DNA of 64,000 nt from Flectonema sp. DT1601 (Eukaryota), in assembly GCA_964019425.1 (NCBI GenBank), contig OZ025805.1, positions 248,001 through 312,000 on the forward strand, written 5' to 3'. The translations under genes were made by a program, and so were the position numbers. This document shows, in pieces, positions 37,825 to 48,583 of the stretch (positions are counted from its first letter, which is position 1; every line of letters begins with the position of its first letter). The notes under the pieces were generated by a model. The model did no database searches and had not been told where the DNA came from. It saw only the letters and a program-made list of their open reading frames with translations.

Positions 37825-40800
37825 ATGCAAGTTTTCGTGACGTGTCTGGATTGGGGACTCCCCGCAGTGACAGTGACGGCTGGTGCTGATTCAGTTGTGA
37901 GCGACGTGTTGACGGCGGCGGCTGAGGAGTGGGATGTGGATCCGGATGAAGTTGAACTCTCATTTGCTGGTGATACCCTTTGCGAAACTGATCGGCTGGC
38001 AGATCATGGAGTGGTTGCAAACAGCGAGTTGGAAATGTGGAAGAAGCAGTTTAGGATATTCGGTAAAAGCTGGTTTGTTGATGATGCAAAACGGGAGAAG
38101 CTGCTTCTTTGGATGAGAGACCACATTACGGAGTATTTATATCTGGACACTCCGACATTCACAGCAGATGGTTGCCTCGATGTTGACGGTAAGCTGCTTC
38201 CTTCAGATGCCAAACAGGTTGCTTTCCGCAATTCCGATTCCAACAACACAGACATCTCACTGGTTACTACTATCGAAGATGGATTCTTGTCAATCTACAA
38301 TGATAGTACAAGAAGAAGTGAATTCTCTTTTTATTGTTCACGAATTACTACTATTGACTTTTCAGGTCTTAGTAGTGTCACCACTATTGATGATCGTTTC
38401 TTATATTCCTGTGAACAAATTACTTCTCTTGACCTTTCAGGTCTTGGTAGTGTCACCACCATTGGTAATCATTTCTTGTATTACTGTAGACAAATCACTT
38501 CTCTTGACTTTTCAGGTCTTAGTAGTGTCACCGCTATTGGTAACAATTTCTTGATTCATTGTGAACAAATCACTTCTCTTGACCTTTCAGGTCTTACTAG
38601 TGTCACCACTATTGGGAAATATTTCTTGAGCTACTGTAGACAAATTACTTCTCTTGACCTTTCAGGTTTTAGTAGTGTCACCACTATTGGTGATAGTTTC
38701 TTGAATAATTCCGGTGAACGAATCACTTCTCTTGACCTTTCAAGTCTTAGTAGTGTCACCACTATTGGTAAATATTTCTTGTTATCCTGTGAACAAATCT
38801 CTCTTGACCTTTCAGGTCTTAGTAGTGTCACCACTATAGCTGATAAGTTCTTGTTTCGTTGTTCACAAATTACTACTATTGACCTTTCAAGTCTTAGTAG
38901 TGTCACCACTATCGGAGATGAGTTCTTGTCTCGCTGTTCACAAATTACTTCTCTTAACCTTTCAGGTCTTAGTAGTGTCACCACTATTGGTGATTATTTC
39001 TTGCTTTCCTGTGAACAAATCACTACTATTGACTTTTCAGGTCTTGGTAGTGTCACCACTATTGGTGATACTTTCCTGTCTTCCTGTGAACAAATCACTT
39101 CTCTTGACCTTTCAAGTCTAAGTAGTGTCACCGCAATTGGAGAAGGCTTTTTGTCTTATTCACCAAGCACTGCTATTGACCTTTCAGGTCTTAGTAGTGT
39201 CACCGCTATTAAAAAACACTTCTTGTCTTATTCAAAAATCACTTCTCTTGACTTTTCGGGTCTTGGTAGTGTCACCACTATTGGTGATACTTTCCTGTCT
39301 TCCTGTAAACAAATCACTTCTCTTGACCTTTCAAGTCTAAGTAGTGTCACCACTATTGGTGATTATTTCCTGTCTTCCTGTGAACAAATCACTTCTCTTG
39401 ACCTTTCAGGTCTTAGTAGTGTCACCACTATTGGTGATTATTTCCTGTCTTCCTGTAAACAAATCACTTCTCTTGACCTTTCAAGTCTAAGTAGTGTCAC
39501 CACTATTGGTGATTATTTCCTGTCTTCCTGTGAACAAATCACTTCTCTTGACCTTTCAGGTCTTAGTAGTGTCACCGCTATTAAAAAGCACTTCTTGTCT
39601 TATTCAAAAATCACTTCTCTTGACTTTTCAGGTCTTAGTAGTGTCACCACTATTGGTGATTATTTCTTGCTTTCCTGTAAACAAATAACGTCTCTTAACT
39701 TTTCGGATCTTGGTAGTGTCACCACTATTGGTGATACTTTCCTGTCTTCCTGTGAACAAATCACTTCTCTTGACCTTTCAAGTCTAAGTAGTGTCACCGC
39801 AATTGGAGAAGGCTTTTTGTCTTATTCACCAAGCACTGCTATTGACCTTTCAGGTCTTAGTAGTGTCACCGCTATTAAAAAACACTTCTTGTCTTATTCA
39901 AAAATCACTTCTCTTGACTTTTCGGTAGGTCTTAGTAGTGTCACCACTATTGGTGTTTATTTCCTGTCTTCCTGTAAACAAATAACGTCTCTTGACTTTT
40001 CAAGTCTTGGTAGTGTCACCACTATTGGTGATTATTTCCTGTCTTCCTGTGAACAAATCACTTCTCTTGACCTTTCAGGTCTTAGTAGTGTCACCGCTAT
40101 TAAAAAGCACTTCTTGTCTTATTCAAAAGTCACTTCTCTTGACTTTTCAGGTCTTAGTAGTGTCACCACTATTGGTGATAATTTCCTGTCTTCCTGTGAA
40201 CAAATCACTTCTCTTGACCTTTCAAGTCTAAGTAGTGTCACCGCAATTGGAGAAGGCTTTTTGTCTTATTCACAAAGCACTGCTATTGACCTTTCAGGTT
40301 TTAGTAGTGTCACCGCTATTAAAAAACACTTCTTGTCTTATTCAAAAATTACTTCTCTTGACTTTTCAGGTCTTAGTAGTGTCACCACTATTGGTGATTG
40401 TTTCTTGTCTTCCTGTGAACAAATCACGTCTCTTGACCTTTCAGGTCTTAGTAGTGTCACCACTATTGGTGATTATTTCTTGTCTTCCTGTGAACAAATC
40501 ACGTCTCTTGACCTTTCAAGTCTTGGTAGTGTCACCACTATTGGGAATTATTTCTTGTCTTCCTGTGAACAAATCACGTCTCTTGACCTTTCAAGTCTTG
40601 GTAGTGTCACCACTATTGGGAATTATTTCTTGTCTTCCTGTGAAGAAATCACTACTGTAGACTTTTCAGATCTTAGTAGTGTCACTACTATCGGTGATAA
40701 TTTCTTGTATTCTTGTTCAGAAATCACTGCTCTTGACTTTTCAGGTCTTAGTAGTGTCACCACTATTAATAATTATTGTAGTCTCACTGTTCCGAAATCG

Positions 40801-40839
40801 CTGCTCTTGACCTTTCGGGTTCCCTACTTAGGGTACTGA
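37825..40839 (+). CDS. UBL-LRR protein copy 2, ~34 repeats, frameshifted tail
   Basis: Same UBL head and repeat as copy 1; 1004-aa open frame. Confidence 0.88.
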   Translation: MQVFVTCLDWGLPAVTVTAGADSVVSDVLTAAAEEWDVDPDEVELSFAGDTLCETDRLADHGVVANSELEMWKKQFRIFGKSWFVDDAKREKLLLWMRDHITEYLYLDTPTFTADGCLDVDGKLLPSDAKQVAFRNSDSNNTDISLVTTIEDGFLSIYNDSTRRSEFSFYCSRITTIDFSGLSSVTTIDDRFLYSCEQITSLDLSGLGSVTTIGNHFLYYCRQITSLDFSGLSSVTAIGNNFLIHCEQITSLDLSGLTSVTTIGKYFLSYCRQITSLDLSGFSSVTTIGDSFLNNSGERITSLDLSSLSSVTTIGKYFLLSCEQISLDLSGLSSVTTIADKFLFRCSQITTIDLSSLSSVTTIGDEFLSRCSQITSLNLSGLSSVTTIGDYFLLSCEQITTIDFSGLGSVTTIGDTFLSSCEQITSLDLSSLSSVTAIGEGFLSYSPSTAIDLSGLSSVTAIKKHFLSYSKITSLDFSGLGSVTTIGDTFLSSCKQITSLDLSSLSSVTTIGDYFLSSCEQITSLDLSGLSSVTTIGDYFLSSCKQITSLDLSSLSSVTTIGDYFLSSCEQITSLDLSGLSSVTAIKKHFLSYSKITSLDFSGLSSVTTIGDYFLLSCKQITSLNFSDLGSVTTIGDTFLSSCEQITSLDLSSLSSVTAIGEGFLSYSPSTAIDLSGLSSVTAIKKHFLSYSKITSLDFSVGLSSVTTIGVYFLSSCKQITSLDFSSLGSVTTIGDYFLSSCEQITSLDLSGLSSVTAIKKHFLSYSKVTSLDFSGLSSVTTIGDNFLSSCEQITSLDLSSLSSVTAIGEGFLSYSQSTAIDLSGFSSVTAIKKHFLSYSKITSLDFSGLSSVTTIGDCFLSSCEQITSLDLSGLSSVTTIGDYFLSSCEQITSLDLSSLGSVTTIGNYFLSSCEQITSLDLSSLGSVTTIGNYFLSSCEEITTVDFSDLSSVTTIGDNFLYSCSEITALDFSGLSSVTTINNYCSLTVPKSLLLTFRVPYLGY

Positions 40840-41406
40840 TGTGACTTTGAAAAAATGAGAATAGAGTTTTGTTTGTTTGTGAAAAAGGTTTTCATATTTC
40901 TGACTTGCAGCGCCAAGCCTCATGCAAGTAATTGTTTAACCCCATTTTTATTAACCCGAATAAGATTAAAGGGTCACTTGTATTTTTGTATCCTCACTCA
41001 CTTTTGTAAAGAATCTCGAAACACCTGTGGGGCATTTTGTTGCCATATGTGGCGTACCCGCGACAGTTTATTTTCTTCTGCCGATTATTTTCATATAAAA
41101 TGTTGTTATCCGAGTGTGATTCTTTCGCGATATCAATTATTCCCTTTTTCAGACTCTGTTCCCACTTCTCTCCCGGTGTCCCGTCGAAGACGACCTTTCT
41201 ATAGTAGATGCACTGATCAATCCTGACTGGTCAGAATCAAAGCTTTCTAAATTTCTTTCTCGGTTAAGTCTCCTCCTGCGGTGAAATCCCCTTGGGGTAG
41301 ATAAAGAACGTTTCTTTCCTTTAGTGTAATTGTCTTATTTTATTTTTTTGTTAGTATCATTTCTCTTTCTTATCATTACTTTATTTCTTATTTTCTGATC
41401 TAATAA

Positions 41407-41606
41407 TGTCACCACTATTGGTGATTATTTCCTGTTTTCCTGTGAAAAAGTCACTTCTCTTGACCTTTCAGGTCTTAGTAGTGTCACCACTATTGGAGAT
41501 TGCTTTCTCAGTGAATGCAACGCTCTTGAATCTGTCCAGCTGCCTGAAAGTAATAGCGCTCTCATTGAGAAGTCTGTGAAAGCAGCGATTGATCAATTCT
41601 GGATAA
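41407..41606 (+). pseudogene. Detached C-terminal fragment of a UBL-LRR gene (2 repeats + cap)
   Basis: VTTIGDYFLFSCEKVTSLDLSGLSSVTTIGDCFLSECNALESVQLPESNSALIEKSVKAAID, 1-nt insertion before the normal stop, no 5' part. Confidence 0.85.
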
Positions 41607-42166
41607 AGCGGTGAATTGATTCTTAAAGTTTTGTTTTTTGTTATTTTTGTTTTGTTAATTGGAGTTTAACTGCAAAAATGAATACTTTTCTTTTACTAAT
41701 TTCTACTTTTCTTGTTCTCACTTTTCTGTTCTAAAATTAATGATAATAACTAATTACATTCGATTGAATTTTCCCGCCCTCTCCCCTTCTTTTGACTGAT
41801 AAACATTAATACTAACTATATAACTAATTATTTACCGAGACATTCTTAAAGGCACAAAAGATTTAAGACTCCCTTTCGATCATTTTGACAAGATGTACCG
41901 AACTACAGAATATAGTTTCCATATGATACCATTAAAAGCTCAGACTGATATGGATGTTACAATGACACCTGCGAATATAGGACCTTTGATGGTATGCGAA
42001 GATAAAGTAAAACGGAAATTGGATGACGACTCATCCATTAACTCGACTGTAATAGTGAAACGACCAGACGTCAAAAATTCAAATTGAGCAAAAGCAAATA
42101 AACATTGCTAGCCCTATCCTGGCGAGCTCCGATGGATTTTTATCTTTGAACGATAGCAACTTCAAC

Positions 42167-42253
42167 ATAGAATGAAGTCCCTTAGAACTTACTGATGAAG
42201 GCCTAAAAAGGGACAAGTAGTATAAGATTAAGGCCTGAAACTTCATATTCTAT
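42167..42253 (+). ncRNA. Type III hammerhead ribozyme-like motif H2
   Basis: AUAGAA-UGAAGU-C(42179)...CUGAUGA(42192-98) AGGCCU...AGGCCU GAAA(42237-40) CUUCA-ua-UUCUAU: perfect core, 6-bp stem II, 12-bp stem III; no canonical stem I. Confidence 0.75.
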
Positions 42254-42441
42254 TACCCTTTGATGTTAAGAAACTGCAGCAATGAATACTTTTCTTTTAT
42301 CAATCTCTACTTTTCTTATTCTCACTTTTCTGTTCTAAAATTAATGATAATAACTAATTATTTCACCCTAAAAATCTTTCTGTGACCGGAAATCAGTTCT
42401 TTTGAAATAGACCAATTGATGGATCCGATTTATTAATTAAC

Positions 42442-42528
42442 TGGAATGAAGTCCCTTAGAACTTACTGATGAAGGCCTAAGAGGGACAAGTAGTATAAGA
42501 TTAAGGCTCCTGAAAACTACGTATTCCA
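42442..42528 (+). ncRNA. Hammerhead-like motif H3
   Basis: GUC 42451-53; distal stem III UGGAA/UUCCA is compensatory relative to H2 UAGAA/UUCUA; extra A in GAAAAC. Confidence 0.55.
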
Positions 42529-43895
42529 CAAGTGTATTATGGAACAGCAGAACAATTGTGTTTTTATAATTTTTCTTTTTTATATTTTATTTTAATTTTA
42601 GTGCACTTTTTTTATAATAAACTCATATTCTAACTTCGGTAACTACCATGTGGGACTCGCTTAGGGTCTACCAGTGCAGGTTGCCAAGCTGCTTCTAGGA
42701 AGCAGCATATGACGGGGTATTTCGGTTCTTCGTAACCACTTTCCCTGCAAGGTGCATTCTACCTAAAGACTCCACCAAGCTAACATATGGCGAGGAGGAG
42801 CATGACTGACCATTTCAGTCATTTTCTGCATTAACATTTGTTCCAACGAATTATTTTGATATTTATTTTTCTTTTATATCCCCATTTTTGTTTTCCTAGA
42901 AACGCAATTTTGATTATTACTTTTATTTACATCTTTTACCACGGTAAGGTAATGTGAAGCGGGCCCTGCTCATCTCTCTATTTTACTCCTTTAAAACTAT
43001 TTTCCTTTTCTTTCTAAATTAATCTCTCCTCTCTACTTAGTCAACGGGCAAGATTTAACCTGGACCCCTTCTTGCTCTCCACCTAGCAACGAACAACGTT
43101 TAGCCTACGTTTTTTACCGTTCGAAGTTAGGTATGCTTTTAGGGCACGAAAGGCTATGAGCCTAGCGGATAAGTGGTTTCTGATCGTGTTAAGATAACCC
43201 CCCTCTCTCTGAGGGTAGAAGTCGATACCCGCCTACAAAAAACTTCTGTAAGAACGAGGTTTCTTCGAATACTTTTAGTTCTCTTCCTTTAAAGAGAAAA
43301 AGCCGCCGCTTTAGGCAAAATAATATTTCACATGCGACACCCGAACTATTTTAGGACGAGACCCAATGCAAAGGGGTATAACTTTGCAAAAAAAAACCTG
43401 GAGGGGTTGAAAACTCAAAGTTTTGGGGATTCCCAAAACAACAACAAAAAAGCAATAACTAAAGATTTCAATCAAAAAACGTTTCTAGACCCCATTTTTC
43501 CCGCCCCCATTCCCATTCACCAGTCAATGCAAACAAAGAGCTACGGACAGCGCTTTTTAAAGTCCTGCCTTTAAGGGACTTCCTTCTCTGGAAAATCACG
43601 CACACCGGCAAGACTACGTGTTTTAGTAGAACAGCGAAGCGGTAAACAGCTACCGTTTAATGCAATTAATACAGCAATTCGCAGCGTGAGTGCGGGGAAC
43701 CTTCGTATCATCATCGAGGGAACAGCAACTCAGCGCACACAAAAGCAAGGTTACAACCAGAACCCATGGAAAAAGAGCCAGATGAAAAAAGTAGATCATC
43801 TGTTTGCCAAACCATCACAGCACCGGCACAGAAGAAGTTACGGGCGACAACGAGGCGGCCGTCTTAGACATGTATGAAAGATAGCAACTTCAACA

Positions 43896-43979
43896 TGGAA
43901 TGAGGTCCCTTAGAACTTACTGATGAAGGCCGAGGGACAAGTAGTATGAGATTAAGGCTCCTGAAAACTACGTATTCCA
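43896..43979 (+). ncRNA. Hammerhead-like motif H4
   Basis: GUC 43905-07, CUGAUGA, GAAA; H3-type variant. Confidence 0.5.
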
Positions 43980-44459
43980 CAAGTGTATTATGGAACAGCA
44001 GAACAATTGTGTTTTTATAATTTTTCTTTGTTATATTTTATTTTAATTTTAGTGCACTTTTTTATAATAAACTCATATTCTAACGAACTTTTGCATTCGA
44101 TTGAATTTTCCCGCCCTCTCCCCTTCTTTTGACTGATAAACATTAATACTAACTATATAACTAATTAGTTCACCCTTTTGACAAGATGTACCAAACTACA
44201 GAATATAGTTTCCATATGATACCATTAAAAGCTCAGACTGATATGGATGTTACAATGACACCTGCGAATATAGGACCTTTGATGGTATGCGAAGATAAAG
44301 TAAAACGGAAATTGGATGACGACTCATCCATTAACTCGACTGTAATAGTGAAACGACCAGACGTCAAAAATTCAAATTGAGCAAAAGCAAATAAACATTG
44401 CTAGCCCTATCCTGGCGAGCTCCGATGGATTTTTATCTTTGAACGATAGCAACTTCAAC

Positions 44460-44546
44460 ATAGAATGAAGTCCCTTAGAACTTACTGATGAAGGCCTAAA
44501 AAGGGACAAGTAGTATAAGATTAAGGCCTGAAACTTCATATTCTAT
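44460..44546 (+). ncRNA. Type III hammerhead-like motif H5
   Basis: Identical to H2; GUC 44470-72. Confidence 0.75.
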
Positions 44547-44734
44547 TACCCTTTGATGTTAGGAAACTGCAGCAATGAATACTTTTCTTTTATCAATCTC
44601 TACTTTTCTTATTCTCACTTTTCTGTTCTAAAATTAATGATAATAACTAATTATTTCACCCTAAAAATCTTTCTGTGACCGGAAATCAGTTCTTTTGAAA
44701 TAGACCAATTGATGGATCCGATTTATTAATTAAC

Positions 44735-44820
44735 TGGAATGAAGTCCCTTAGAACTTACTGATGAAGGCCTAAAAAGGGACAAGTAGTATAAGATTAAGG
44801 CCTGAAACTTCATATTCTAT
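44735..44820 (+). ncRNA. Type III hammerhead-like motif H6
   Basis: GUC 44744-46, intact core and stems II and III; 274 nt after H5. Confidence 0.75.
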
Positions 44821-45145
44821 TACCCTTTGATGTTAGGAAACTGCAGAAATGAATACTTTTCTTTTATCAATCTCTACTTTTCTTATTCTCACTTTTCTGT
44901 TCTAAAATTAATGATAATAACTAATTATTTCACCCTAAAAACATTCTTCTTTCTCAGGTGCATATAAGTGATGGAAAGCGAATTATTCATTTCCTCCTCA
45001 TTTCAGCGGCACAGACAACATGTAAGGATCGTATTTATATAATTGTTGCCGCCTGGCGTTTGGAACACAACATCCACACATTCTTTACACAGCAGCCATA
45101 TATTAACACCCCACAGCAAATAGCATCTCAAAAAACTAACAAACA

Positions 45146-46156
45146 ATGCAAGTTTTTGTGACGTGTCCTGATTGGGGACTCCCCGCAGTGACAGTGACGG
45201 CTGGTGCTGATTCAGTTGTGAACGACGTGTTGACGGCGGCGGCTGGGGAGTGGGATGTCGATCCAGATGAAGTTGAACTCTCGTTTGCTGGTGATACCCT
45301 TTGCGAAACTGATCGGCTGGCAGATCATGGAGTGGTTGCAAACAGCGAGTTTGAAATGTGGAAGAAGCAGTTTAGGGTATTCGGTAAAAACTGGTTTGTT
45401 GATGATGCAAAACGGGAGAAGCTGCTTCTTTGGATGAGAGACCACATTACGGAGTACTTACGTCTGGACACTCCGACATTCACAGCAGATGGTTGCCTCA
45501 CTGTTGACGGTGACCTGCTTCCTTCAGATGCCAAACAGGTTGCTTTCCGCAATTCCGATTCCAACAGCATAGACATCTCACGAGTCACCACTATAGCTGA
45601 TAAGTTCTTGTTTCGTTGTTCACGAATCACTTCTCTTGACCTTTCAGGTCTTAGTAGTGTCACCACTATTGGGAATTATTTCTTGTCTCACTGTTTACGA
45701 ATCACTTCTCTTAACCTTTCCGGTCTTTGCAGTGCCACCACTATTGGAGATAGTTTCTTGTTTCGTTGTTCACAAGTCACTTCTCTTGACCTTTCAGGTC
45801 TTAGTAGTGTCACCACTATTGGTGATTATTTCCTGTCTTTCTGTTCACAAATCACTTCTCTTGACCTTTTAAGTCTTAGTAGTGTCACTACTATTGGTGA
45901 AGGTTTCTTGTTTTCCTGTGAAAAAATCACTTCTCTTGACCTTTCAGGTCTTGGTAGTGTCACCACTATTGGTGATTATTTCCTGTTTTCCTGTGAAAAA
46001 ATCACTTCTCTTGACTTTTCAGGTCTTAGTAGTGTCACCACTATTGGTGATTGCTTTCTCAGTAAATGCTACGCTCTTGAATCTGTCCAGCTGCCTGAAA
46101 GTAATAGCGTTCTCTTTGAGGAGTCTGTGAAAGCAGCGATTGATCATTCAGGATAA
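45146..46156 (+). CDS. UBL-LRR protein copy 3, ~7 repeats, intact C-cap
   Basis: UBL head, LRRs, cap ALESVQLPESNS...KAAIDHSG. Confidence 0.88.
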   Translation: MQVFVTCPDWGLPAVTVTAGADSVVNDVLTAAAGEWDVDPDEVELSFAGDTLCETDRLADHGVVANSEFEMWKKQFRVFGKNWFVDDAKREKLLLWMRDHITEYLRLDTPTFTADGCLTVDGDLLPSDAKQVAFRNSDSNSIDISRVTTIADKFLFRCSRITSLDLSGLSSVTTIGNYFLSHCLRITSLNLSGLCSATTIGDSFLFRCSQVTSLDLSGLSSVTTIGDYFLSFCSQITSLDLLSLSSVTTIGEGFLFSCEKITSLDLSGLGSVTTIGDYFLFSCEKITSLDFSGLSSVTTIGDCFLSKCYALESVQLPESNSVLFEESVKAAIDHSG

Positions 46157-46239
46157 AGTGGTGAATTGATTCTTAAATTTTTGCTTTTTGTTATTTTTGT
46201 TTTATTAATTATTTGACCCTAAAAATCTTTCTGTGGCAG

Positions 46240-46649
46240 GGAAATATTACTTGTGGAAGAACTCGCGAGTTTGAAAGAAAATCTCCAAATCCGCGAGAAT
46301 ATTATAAAAAGGAGAAATATATTTCAGATAACACCTCAAGAAGGCTATTAACAATCTTAATAGTCATCTTATTGAGTTATCTGACAATCTGTTATTGTTC
46401 AAGTTTCCGCTTCAGGGTGTTTTTGTGAGGAAGAAACTAATCGCGCAGATCGAAAGGAAGACAAGTTTCTCACTTCTGCGCTCTGATGTGAAGAACCATG
46501 TTATGGAAGTTATTGATATTTCATATAAAACTACCGACTTAAATATTGTTATAGACGACCTTTCTATAGTAGATGCACTGATCAATCCTGACTGGTCAGA
46601 ATCAAAGCTTTCTAAATTTCTTTCTCGGTTAAGTCTCCTCCTGCGGTGA
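46240..46649 (+). pseudogene. Degenerate coding remnant co-duplicated downstream of the UBL-LRR copies (also 50869-51278, partial 41080-41284)
   Basis: Protein-like stretches EILLVEELASLKENLQIRENII and HLKKAINNLNSHLIELSDNLLLFKFPLQ...SLLLR* lie in different frames; family not recognised. Confidence 0.35.
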
Positions 46650-48583
46650 AATCCCCTTGGGGTAGATGAAGAACATTTCTTGCCTTTAGTGTATTTGTTT
46701 TATTTTATTTTGTTAGTATCGTTTTTCTTTCCTATCATTACTTTATTTCTTATTTTCTGATCTAATGTGGTGTGTTCTCCCTCTCTTTGACGATGATTTG
46801 AGTTGTCAGCTGTCTCAGATACTGTCTGCTCTTATGGGCGGTGCAGTAGTGTCACTACCATTGGAAATAACTTTTGTCTTGTTGTTCAGGAATCACTTGG
46901 GATCACGACAGCTGCCTCCTCGCGTCGGTCCCGATCCCGACGACTTCGATGGAAGTGGACAAAACAGTGTCATGTGTTGTTTGCAGCTTGTCTCAAATAG
47001 CTCATCGTAGTTGTCCAGTACATTACTCCACTGCCTCACACTTGTGTATGGTTTGTCTCCACTGCTCGGATAATCATAAAAGGTTTGCATAAGATATTTC
47101 TTTTTTTTTTTTTTTTCACTTCGGCCCCCCCCGTTAGTTATCTGCGATGCAAAAAAAAAGAGAAAGAAAACAAGAAAAAACAAAACAGACTGGTGTTTGA
47201 GATCTCCGACAGCACACAAATTCATAAATAGAAGTGGAGCAGGTTCTCGAATTGGATCAACGAGTTGTGATGAGTGTGCGAGCTGTAATACTTCTCACCT
47301 TGACTCAAACAGGGATTGGAGACTTGATCTTTTAACGTGGTCTCCAAATAGAAAACAATCGCTATTCAGAACTAATGACGTCTCTAATGCGACTATTGAC
47401 GATTCTGACGGACTTAAGCAACACATCTCAACTACTTTAGCTCTGTGTGTTTGTGATGTTAGTCTGGACTATCAACCAAAATATAATATTACTTTAGAAT
47501 GTACCCCGACAGGTTATCAACATCACGCTATTGACTGGATGATTGACAGAGAGATTAATCCAAAATAGGGTTTGTAACAATTGTAAGCTGAATGAAAATA
47601 CTGGACTACCACAGTGGAATCCCATCAGCTACTCGTAATAAAATGATCTTACACGAGGCAGACTATGTTGTTAGCAACTACGACATTATTTTCAGTATTA
47701 ATCTCATCAGCTACTCGTAATAGTTGTATTTTGATCATCTTCGGACAAGTTGTTTCTCTTTTTCGACTTCGAATGTCCGTTTTGGAAACTTTCATGTTGA
47801 GACCGGACATTTCAGTAACATTTGCGTGGAATTAGAGGTTTTCCCAAAAAAAGGAACTGATGGACAAAACTTTTGGCATCCAAAACAGTAGAACAGTAAA
47901 AAAGAACAAAAAGGGGGTCTCGATGCGTCCCGTTTTAAAGTTTGGGTAGCACCTTACAGCTATTTTAGATTTCGTAATAAACAGACCGTTTTGTGGTAAA
48001 GGGCCAGTTTGTCCAAAGAAAAAAAAAAGAACAACGGAAAGCGAAGAGAAATTAAATACTGCCAACCAATACCAGTGGCGTGGTTGTTTGTTCTCTTTTG
48101 TTTTGTTTTTTTAAAATAAAACAACAAAAACGGAACAACGACGAGCAACATCCATCCCTTTTCCCCAAACACTCAACACTTTTTTCTTATTTCTGTGCTA
48201 CGTTTGACTGTGTTCTGGAAAGTGAATTAAATTGTTTTATAAGAAGTTGGATGGAAAACTGTTGGTTGTTAAATAATAACTTTATTAATTCTCACAGCCA
48301 TTATGGAAGTACCACTCTCATTTGAAAGCCTCGACGTTGTCCGGGGAATACATTTGTGAACTTCTTCTTTGCCTTGTAAAACAGTATTCAAGTCCCTTTA
48401 TAGGAATCTAACAACATGTCTCATTCTTCGTAGTATTCGATACCCAGACATGATTCAATGTAGGGATCGTATTTATATAATTGTTGCCGCCTGGCGTTTG
48501 GAACACAACATCCACACATTCTTTACACAGCAGCCATATATTAACACCCCACAGCAAATAGTAATTCAAAAAACTAACAAACA

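Larger units (their letters stand above)
41668..44940 (+). repeat. Complex tandem repeat block containing five hammerhead-like motifs (retrozyme-like)
   Basis: 41757-42530 is repeated at 44095-44820; 42442-42632 is repeated at 43896-44083; related sequence at 33447-33690. Confidence 0.9.

Noticed and set aside
41893..42087. 64-aa ORF (duplicated at 44186-44380) as a gene
   Set aside because: Identity reflects recent duplication and no motif is recognisable; kept only as possible cargo
42366..42372. CCCTAA/TAACCC telomere-like hexamers at element ends
   Set aside because: Single units only, expected by chance
47670..47720. Minus-strand CUGAUGA...GAAA...GUC
   Set aside because: Stems I-III do not pair
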